From Thermoanaerobaculia bacterium (GTDB taxonomy: Bacteria; Acidobacteriota; Thermoanaerobaculia; Gp7-AA8): a stretch of DNA of 57,407 nucleotides. The stretch covers positions 1-57,407 of the forward strand of contig DATLFC010000126.1 in assembly GCA_035525015.1 (NCBI GenBank). The letters run 5' to 3'. A model generated the notes under the pieces. The model was not told where the DNA came from and searched no databases. It saw only the letters and a list, made by a program, of their open reading frames with translations. Positions 51,587-57,407 of this stretch are shown in pieces. Made by a program: the position numbers and the translations under genes. Within the stretch, counting starts at the first letter, position 1, and the number at the start of each line of letters is the position of its first letter.

Positions 51587-52878
51587 CAAACGTCTCTTTC
51601 CCGCGTGATCCGCGCGCCGAGAGCATTGAGCCGCTCCTCGATTCGCTCGTAGCCGCGGTCGATCTGGTGCACGTTGTGGATGACGCTCTCCCCCTTCGCG
51701 CAGAGCGCGGCCAGGAGCAGGGCCATGCCGGCGCGGATGTCGGGGCTGGAGATCTCGCTGCCGACGAGGCGGTTTCCGCCGACGATGATGGCGCGGTGCG
51801 GGTCGCAGAGGATGATCCGCGCCCCCATGCCGATCAGCTTGTCGGTGAAGAAGAGCCGCGACTCGAACATCTTCTCGAAGATCATCACCGTTCCTTCGGC
51901 CTGCGTGGCGATGATGATCATGATCGACAGGAGATCGGCCGGAAACAGCGGCCAGGGACCGTCGTCGATCTTCGGCACGGCCGCGCCGATGTCGTATCGG
52001 ACCCGCAGCTCCTGCTCGCGCGGCACGCGGATGTTGTTGCCTTCGACGATGAGGTCGACGCCGAGCTTGTTGAGCATGTGCCGAACCGACTGCATGTGAT
52101 GCGGCACCGCGTCCTCGATCACCAGCTCGCTTCGGGTGACGGCGGCCAGCCCGATGTATGACCCCACCTCGATGTGATCGCTCGGGATGTAGAAATCGCC
52201 GCCGCGCAGGGCGTCGACGCCGTGGATGGTGAGCGAATTGGTGCCGATCCCCTCGATGCGGCCGCCCAGCAGATTGAGGAAGGTGCAGAGGTCCTGGACG
52301 TGCGGCTCGGCGGCGGCGTTGTAGATGCCGGTCGTCCCGTTCGCCAGGACGGCGGCCATGGCCGCGTTCTCGGTCGCCGTCACCGACGCTTCGTCGAGAA
52401 ACATGCTTCGTCCGGACAGCGTCTTCGCACTCATCCGGTATTCGTGCGCCGAGACTTCGATCTGCGCCCCGAGCGCCTCCAGCGCCAGCAGGTGCGTGTC
52501 GACGCGGCGCCTCCCGATCGCATCGCCTCCCGGCTTCGCCACGGCGGCCGCTCCGCAGCGCGCCAGCAGCGGCCCCGCCAGAAGGATCGAAGCCCGGATC
52601 TTCTTCGACAGCTCGGGATCGGGAGTCGACGAGCACTCCCCCTTCGTGTGCAGGCGGACGACGTTGTTCTCCAGCCGCTCCACACTCGTGCCGATCCCTT
52701 CGAGGATCTGCAGCATCACCCGGACGTCCTGAATGTCGGGCAGGTTCCGCAGCGTCACCGGCTCGTCGGTGAGCAGACACGCCGCCAGGATCGGCAGCGC
52801 CGCGTTCTTGTTACCGCCCGGCCGGATCGAGCCCTCGAGCCGGCGGCCGCCTTCGACGATGAAGCGTTCCATGGCCAT
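51586..52878 (-). CDS. murA: UDP-N-acetylglucosamine 1-carboxyvinyltransferase
   Basis: GGNKNAALPILAACLLT, EPSP-synthase fold repeats. ATG 52878 or 52872. Confidence 0.95.
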   Translation of the reverse strand: MAMERFIVEGGRRLEGSIRPGGNKNAALPILAACLLTDEPVTLRNLPDIQDVRVMLQILEGIGTSVERLENNVVRLHTKGECSSTPDPELSKKIRASILLAGPLLARCGAAAVAKPGGDAIGRRRVDTHLLALEALGAQIEVSAHEYRMSAKTLSGRSMFLDEASVTATENAAMAAVLANGTTGIYNAAAEPHVQDLCTFLNLLGGRIEGIGTNSLTIHGVDALRGGDFYIPSDHIEVGSYIGLAAVTRSELVIEDAVPHHMQSVRHMLNKLGVDLIVEGNNIRVPREQELRVRYDIGAAVPKIDDGPWPLFPADLLSIMIIIATQAEGTVMIFEKMFESRLFFTDKLIGMGARIILCDPHRAIIVGGNRLVGSEISSPDIRAGMALLLAALCAKGESVIHNVHQIDRGYERIEERLNALGARITRERDV

Positions 52879-52896
52879 TGATGGCGGATTCTATAG

Positions 52897-52980
52897 GTTG
52901 TTCGTTGTTCGTTGTTCGTTGTTCGCGGCGGGTGGGACGAACAACGAACAACGAACAACGAACAACGAACAACGAACAAC
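52897..52980. repeat. inverted heptamer-array hairpin, asymmetric: (GTTGTTC)x4 / (GAACAAC)x6
   Basis: Read directly from the sequence. It lies in the divergent spacer between murA and the MBL-fold gene. Confidence 0.95.
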
Positions 52981-53017
52981 TACTAACCCCGGCCGGTCTG
53001 CCGTATCCTGATCAACG

Positions 53018-53848
53018 ATGATCGTCGCTCCCCTCGGATCCGGAAGCGCCGGCAACTCCTACTACTTCGAGAGCGACGGCACGAGCATCCTCGTCGATGC
53101 CGGATTCGGTCCCCGTGAGACGCGCAAGCGCCTCGAGTCCCTCGGCCGCAGCATCGAGTCGGTGCAGGCCATCGTCGTCACTCACGAGCATTACGATCAC
53201 ATTCGAGGCGCCGAGCGGATCAGCCGCAAGTTCGGCATGCCGATCTACCTCACCCGCGGCACACTCGACGCCAGCCGGATCGACGGCGCCGAGGCGAACG
53301 TCGTCGTCTTCGAGAACAACAGCACCTTCTCCATCGGAGAGCTGAACGTGCACGCCCGCCGCACCGTGCACGATGCCGCCGATCCCGCCTGCTTCGTGGT
53401 CGAAGCGCGCGACGGCACCCGCGTCGGCATTGCCAGCGACCTCGGCTACGTCGACGAAGGAGTTCTCCGCCATCTCAGCGGATGCGACGGCCTCTTCTTC
53501 GAGTCGAATCACGATCTCGACATGCTTCGCCTGGGAACCTACCCCTGGAGCGTGAAGCGGCGGATCATGTCGCGTTTCGGACATCTCTCCAACGACGACT
53601 CCATGACGGCCGTTCAGCGGATGATCGGCGCCGACCTGAAGACGCTCTGCATGATCCATCTCTCGCAGAACAACAACCACGAGTCGATCGTGCGCGACAT
53701 GGCCGCGCGGCTCCTGCAGCGCAACGGCGTACAGCTCGAGCTAGGCATCGCCAGACAGTACGAGCCGACCGGGGTCTTCGAGATCGCCCGGAAACGAGCG
53801 CCCCGCGTGACGCCGGCGACCCGTCATTCCCAGATGCCGCTATTCTGA
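53018..53848 (+). CDS. MBL-fold metallo-hydrolase (YycJ/WalJ-like)
   Basis: SGSAGNSYYFES...ILVDAG...IVVTHEHYDHIRG...HLSQNNN. Confidence 0.8.
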   Translation: MIVAPLGSGSAGNSYYFESDGTSILVDAGFGPRETRKRLESLGRSIESVQAIVVTHEHYDHIRGAERISRKFGMPIYLTRGTLDASRIDGAEANVVVFENNSTFSIGELNVHARRTVHDAADPACFVVEARDGTRVGIASDLGYVDEGVLRHLSGCDGLFFESNHDLDMLRLGTYPWSVKRRIMSRFGHLSNDDSMTAVQRMIGADLKTLCMIHLSQNNNHESIVRDMAARLLQRNGVQLELGIARQYEPTGVFEIARKRAPRVTPATRHSQMPLF

Positions 53849-53867
53849 GGCCCGAGGCCCGAGGCCT
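53847..53867. repeat. one-armed heptamer array (GAGGCCC)x2+GAGGCCT
   Basis: Read directly from the sequence. It overlaps the stop codon of the MBL gene. Confidence 0.8.
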
Positions 53868-53884
53868 GCTACCATCCCCGCCGC

Positions 53885-54133
53885 ATGAAGGTGACCGTGG
53901 TCGTGGAGCTCAAGCCCTCCGTGCTCGATCCGCAGGGGAAGGCCATCGCCCACTCGCTGAGCTCGCTCGGTTTCGAGGGGGTGGAAGATGTTCGGGCCGG
54001 CAAACTGTTTCGGATCGTGCTTGCGGAAAGTGGGCAGACCAGAGAAGGACTGGAATCCACAGTACGCCAGATGTGTGAACGACTCCTCGCAAACACGGTC
54101 ATTGAGAATTTCTCCTACACAATCGAGGAGTAG
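53885..54133 (+). CDS. purS: phosphoribosylformylglycinamidine synthase subunit PurS
   Basis: MKVTVVVELKPSVLDPQGKAIAHSL...MCERLLANTVIENFSYTIEE, close to the canonical PurS pattern. Confidence 0.93.
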   Translation: MKVTVVVELKPSVLDPQGKAIAHSLSSLGFEGVEDVRAGKLFRIVLAESGQTREGLESTVRQMCERLLANTVIENFSYTIEE

Positions 54134-55220
54134 GTCCGCCGTACTCGGTCTGCTCACCCTCTCCGCGGCGTTTTCCCTCTACGCCGCCACCCCAGCGCTC
54201 GAGCCCGTCTCGACGCGCGACCGGAAGGTCGTCCGGCGCTGGTCTCTGGAGGGCGACCCGCGCGGCGTCGCGCTCGGCAAAAACGGGATCGCCTACGTCG
54301 GCCTCGCCGCGCGGCAGTCGGTCGTGGCCGTCGATCTCGCCGCAGGTACGGTGCAACGCGAAGTCGTCCTCGACTCCGAGCACATCGCGGCGACCAAAGA
54401 GCTGGTCTCCCTCCGGACGAACGCGGCCCGGACGCGGCTCTACATCGCGAACGGCAGTGACGAAAGTGCAACGATCCTCTCCCTCCCCGGCCTCGCCGTG
54501 ATTCGCGAGATCACGATGGAGGGAGAGCTGATCCGCGACGCCGTTCCCGATCCGTCCGGCCGGCTCCTCTTCCTCCTCGGCCGGCGCGTCCACATCTTCG
54601 ATGCCGACGGAGGGCGGAATCTCCGGACGCTGCCCTTCGAAGATCCGATGGCCATCGCCGTCACGTCGAACGGCTCGAAGCTGGCCGTCGTCGGCACGCA
54701 CGATTTCGGGAACGCCAAAGCGACGGTCGTCGCCTTCTATGATCTGAAGACGTTCCAGGAGGTCGGACGGGAGCCGCTGCAGACCGACCAGGCGATCGAA
54801 GCGGCGCTGTTCGCCGCGTCGGATCGCGCCTTCGTCGCGCTGAGCCGCCAGCACCTGTTCGAAAAACCGATGACAGGACGGACGAGCACGGTGACGCAGC
54901 TCGAGGGAACGAGCGCGCAGATGCGGATGCGCATCAATTTCGGCGATCTCGTGAGCAGCGACCGCATCTGCCTTCCCGAAGAGAGCGGGCCGCAGATCGC
55001 GACGCTCGGCAGCTCGACCGAGATCGTCATCTTCGCCGAGCGGCGATGCAGCAGCGCCGGCGCCTTCGCCGGCTCGGAACGCCGCATCACCCCTGCATCG
55101 CTCTACGGCGTGAACGTCTGGGGCATTGCGTACGACGACTCCACGAACACGGTGGTGGCGACGGACCGCGAGGGCTACCTGACGATCTACAGAATGCCGC
55201 GGCCGGCCACGGCCCGGTAA
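54102..55220 (+). CDS. secreted beta-propeller (YVTN/YncE-like repeat) protein inserted between purS and purQ
   Basis: There is no ATG/GTG/TTG in frame after the purS stop until well past the signal peptide. TTG 54102 gives M-RISPTQSRSRSAVLGLLTLSAAFSLYAA (good signal peptide), overlapping purS by 32 nt; GTG 54075 is an alternative. Repeats include PRGVALGKNGIAYVG, RLYIANGSDESATIL, PSGRLLFLLGRRVHIFD, AIAVTSNGSKLAVVG. Confidence 0.6.
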   Translation: MRISPTQSRSRSAVLGLLTLSAAFSLYAATPALEPVSTRDRKVVRRWSLEGDPRGVALGKNGIAYVGLAARQSVVAVDLAAGTVQREVVLDSEHIAATKELVSLRTNAARTRLYIANGSDESATILSLPGLAVIREITMEGELIRDAVPDPSGRLLFLLGRRVHIFDADGGRNLRTLPFEDPMAIAVTSNGSKLAVVGTHDFGNAKATVVAFYDLKTFQEVGREPLQTDQAIEAALFAASDRAFVALSRQHLFEKPMTGRTSTVTQLEGTSAQMRMRINFGDLVSSDRICLPEESGPQIATLGSSTEIVIFAERRCSSAGAFAGSERRITPASLYGVNVWGIAYDDSTNTVVATDREGYLTIYRMPRPATAR

Positions 55221-55229
55221 AATGCCCAC

Positions 55230-55928
55230 ATGAAATTCGGCATCGTCGTCCTGCCCGGGTCCAACTGCGATCACGACGCGATGCACGCCGTGAGGGACGT
55301 CCTCGGCGCCGAGGCCGAGTTTCTCTGGCACAAAGAAACCGACCTCGAGGGAAGTGACTGCGTCATCGTCCCCGGCGGCTTTTCCTACGGCGACTACCTG
55401 CGTGCCGGCGCGCTGGCGAAGTTCGCTCCGATCATGGAACCGATCCGCCGTCACGCCGCGGCCGGCGGCCTGGTCCTCGGCATCTGCAACGGCTTCCAGG
55501 TGCTGACGGAGGCCGGCCTCCTTCCGGGCGCGCTCATGCGCAACGCGCATCTCCGCTTCGTCAGCCGTGACGTCCTCCTGCGCGTCGACGAGACCGATAC
55601 CCCCTTCACGTCGGAGATGCAGAAGGGAGAGATCATCCGCGTGCCGATCGCGCATGGTGAAGGGAACTACTTCGCCGACGAACGGGCGCTGGACGAGCTG
55701 GAGCGGAACCGGCAGGTGGTCTTCCGCTACTGCGACGCGGAGGGACGGCTCACCAGCGAAGCCAACCCCAACGGATCGGCGCGCAACATCGCCGGCATCT
55801 GCAGCCGCGAGCGCAACGTCCTCGGCCTCATGCCGCATCCCGAGCGCTGCTCGGAAGAAATCCTCGGCAACGCCGACGGGCTCGCCGTCTTCAAGTCGAT
55901 CGCCGCGTCCATGTCATTCCGAGCGTAG
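55230..55928 (+). CDS. purQ: phosphoribosylformylglycinamidine synthase glutaminase subunit PurQ
   Basis: [16 protein letters not shown]...[11 protein letters not shown]...GICNGFQ...MPHPER. The last residues MSFRA and the stop come from a REP-like unit. Confidence 0.93.
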   Translation: MKFGIVVLPGSNCDHDAMHAVRDVLGAEAEFLWHKETDLEGSDCVIVPGGFSYGDYLRAGALAKFAPIMEPIRRHAAAGGLVLGICNGFQVLTEAGLLPGALMRNAHLRFVSRDVLLRVDETDTPFTSEMQKGEIIRVPIAHGEGNYFADERALDELERNRQVVFRYCDAEGRLTSEANPNGSARNIAGICSRERNVLGLMPHPERCSEEILGNADGLAVFKSIAASMSFRA

Positions 55929-55982
55929 CGAGGAATCCGGGCGGGCGGTGGCGCGATCATCCTCGCTCCCGCTCGGAATGAC
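55913..55982. repeat. inverted pair of REP-like units (GTCATTCCGAGCGTAGCGAGGAATC ... GATCATCCTCGCTCCCGCTCGGAATGAC)
   Basis: Read directly from the sequence. Both convergent ORFs stop inside the left arm (TAG 55926-55928 on plus; TGA complement of 55914-55916). Confidence 0.9.
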
Positions 55983-57191
55983 AAACTCCAGCGGAATCTG
56001 ATTCGGACCGGGCACCGGGATCTCTTTGCTGAACCGGAAGCTCCGGCCGTCGGCGGCGTAGATCCACGTGGCACCGGCGCAGCGCGATGCGGGAAGCGGC
56101 GGCGAGCCTGTCCGCAACGCCAGCGCGCGGACCGTCGCCTCGCGCTCCGGTGTGAATCGCAGGACGCGCTGCCACAGGACTTCGAGGTTCGGAGTGGGAA
56201 GGCGCCGCGCCAATGCGTTCCACCACGCCAGCTCGTCGTTGAGGCGCGCGGCCATCCACCCCATGTCCAGCGCGCAGTCGGTCGTCGCGGCGATCTCCTG
56301 GGCGATGCGCCGCGAAGCCTCCGCCCAGTCGGCGGCGGACAGGCGCGTGTAGGGCGCCATGATCGTGTCGACTGCGCGGCGGGCCAGCGGTGCGCCGTCG
56401 ATCGTCGTTTCCTCGTAGACGCGATCGGTAATCGCCCATGCATCGGCCTGTGCTCCGGCGAGGAAGGCGCCGCGAAAGTCGAGCTCCTGCATGCCCGCAA
56501 GCCAGTCCGGCGCCGGCAGCGGCATCTTGCGCGCGGCGGCATTCACGTTGCGTGCGATCGCCAGCGCGATCATCTTCGAGATGCTCTCGTGACGGTCGAG
56601 CAGCGGCCGCGCGACGTGCCACGCCGCGCGAAGATCGTTCCAGCCGCCGGAGTCACCGAACCGGCTGCGATCGAGAGCCCGGGCCACGAGGACCCGATGC
56701 AGATTCATGTGGCCGGTGAAGTTCGGGAGAGGCGAGACCGGGTCGCGCAGATCCTCCGGCCACACGATCGGCTCATCGGACAGCAGCAGCGTGACGATCG
56801 CGGCGAGATCGGCAGCGCGGCCGGCGAAATACTCACCCGATTCCGACGGCAGCGGTTCGACGCGCGGCGTCGGGTTCGAGAGCTGCTCGGCAAGCCACTT
56901 TCCGATCTGCCCGCGCACGAACTCCAGTGGACGCGACTCGGGGGGCGTCCGCGGGTCGCGCGGCGCCATGTCGATGCCGAGCGGCTCCGCCAGCGCGACC
57001 AGCCGCGCCGCCGCGCGGCTCATCGAGACCGGCGGATAGCGCGCCGGAATCTCGCTGAGCGAGCCGAGGTCATCGGGCCATTCGTGGCGGTCTCCACTGC
57101 CGAGGGAGCTGCGGACGAGCAGCGACGCGACCCACACCGCCACCCACAGCGCGACCACCGTCACGACGCCGATGAGGAGCGGTTTTCGCAT
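55914..57191 (-). CDS. hypothetical membrane-anchored protein
   Basis: 425-aa ORF, N-terminal TM segment [22 protein letters not shown], ordinary composition, no family recognised. The C-terminal tail ...RPDSSLRSE is REP-encoded. Confidence 0.55.
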   Translation of the reverse strand: MRKPLLIGVVTVVALWVAVWVASLLVRSSLGSGDRHEWPDDLGSLSEIPARYPPVSMSRAAARLVALAEPLGIDMAPRDPRTPPESRPLEFVRGQIGKWLAEQLSNPTPRVEPLPSESGEYFAGRAADLAAIVTLLLSDEPIVWPEDLRDPVSPLPNFTGHMNLHRVLVARALDRSRFGDSGGWNDLRAAWHVARPLLDRHESISKMIALAIARNVNAAARKMPLPAPDWLAGMQELDFRGAFLAGAQADAWAITDRVYEETTIDGAPLARRAVDTIMAPYTRLSAADWAEASRRIAQEIAATTDCALDMGWMAARLNDELAWWNALARRLPTPNLEVLWQRVLRFTPEREATVRALALRTGSPPLPASRCAGATWIYAADGRSFRFSKEIPVPGPNQIPLEFVIPSGSEDDRATARPDSSLRSE

Positions 57192-57232
57192 CCGGTGCCG
57201 ATGCTACACTCCACCGCTCCGGAGAACGAGAC

Positions 57233-57407
57233 ATGCCAAACGAGATCGACGCCTTACTCCAGGAACATCGCGAGTTCCCCCCCTCGGCGAAGCTGCGGAA
57301 GAACGCCAACATCAGCGATCCCTCCATCTACACAAAAGCCGCGAAGGATCGCGAGGCGTTCTGGGCCGGATGGGCCGAACAGCTCGACTGGCACCGCAAG
57401 TGGGATC
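57233..57407 (+). CDS. acs: acetyl-CoA synthetase, N-terminal fragment (runs off window)
   Basis: Not in the ORF track. Own translation from ATG 57233: MPNEIDALLQEHREFPPSAKLRKNANISDPSIYTKAAKDREAFWAGWAEQLDWHRKWD, the typical Acs N-terminus (...FWA...L.W...W). Identification from only 58 aa. Confidence 0.6.
   Translation, partial: MPNEIDALLQEHREFPPSAKLRKNANISDPSIYTKAAKDREAFWAGWAEQLDWHRKWD

Noticed and set aside
54099-55838. 579-aa minus-strand ORF
   Set aside because: Antisense to the propeller gene and purQ. Arg/Asp-rich with no motifs.

Overview
High-GC bacterial chromosomal window, gene content typical of a diderm. An Acidobacteriota-like origin is only an inference from gene order and repeat style. 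It is almost entirely core housekeeping and densely packed. Many genes are coupled by ATGA/GTGA start-stop overlaps.

Gene order, start to end:
- Partial asnS (missed by the ORF track because it runs off the edge).
- A dynamin-like GTPase and a lipid kinase.
- A ~950-aa outer-membrane protein convergent with a secreted protein made of four tandem domains.
- A PLP-dependent dehydratase, rarA, and ppiD-thioesterase-lipoprotein.
- A FecR-domain protein, mreB-mreC-mreD-mrdA-rodA, an S4 protein, an HU/IHF-like protein, and guaA.
- A complete dcw cluster on the minus strand: mraZ-rsmH-ftsL-ftsI-murE-murF-mraY-murD-ftsW-murG-murC-ftsQ-ftsA-ftsZ (39846 down to 23348). It has no murB or ddl.
- A DUF1232 protein, carB, an M20 peptidase, and a histone-H1-like protein.
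- A murA-folP-cdaA-cdaR-glmM-SDR operon.
- An MBL hydrolase, purS-[secreted beta-propeller]-purQ, a hypothetical membrane protein, and partial acs (also missed by the track).

I found no rRNA, tRNA, CRISPR array, transposase or phage genes.

The most unusual content is non-coding. There are two families of short repeats:
- (a) Hairpins built from a tandem array of a 7-nt unit followed by a tandem array of its reverse complement. The unit sequence differs at nearly every locus. There are 7 full and about 6 one-armed copies, all placed exactly at gene boundaries and sometimes supplying start codons, stop codons or terminal peptide tails of essential genes.
- (b) A 25-27-nt REP-like palindromic unit (GTCATTCCGAGCG..AGCGAGGAATC). 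It occurs in frame inside carB and murE, at a convergent gene pair, and in diverged form as the arms of a 177-bp rod-like inverted-repeat element upstream of mreB.

The very long antisense ORFs in the track are high-GC artefacts.
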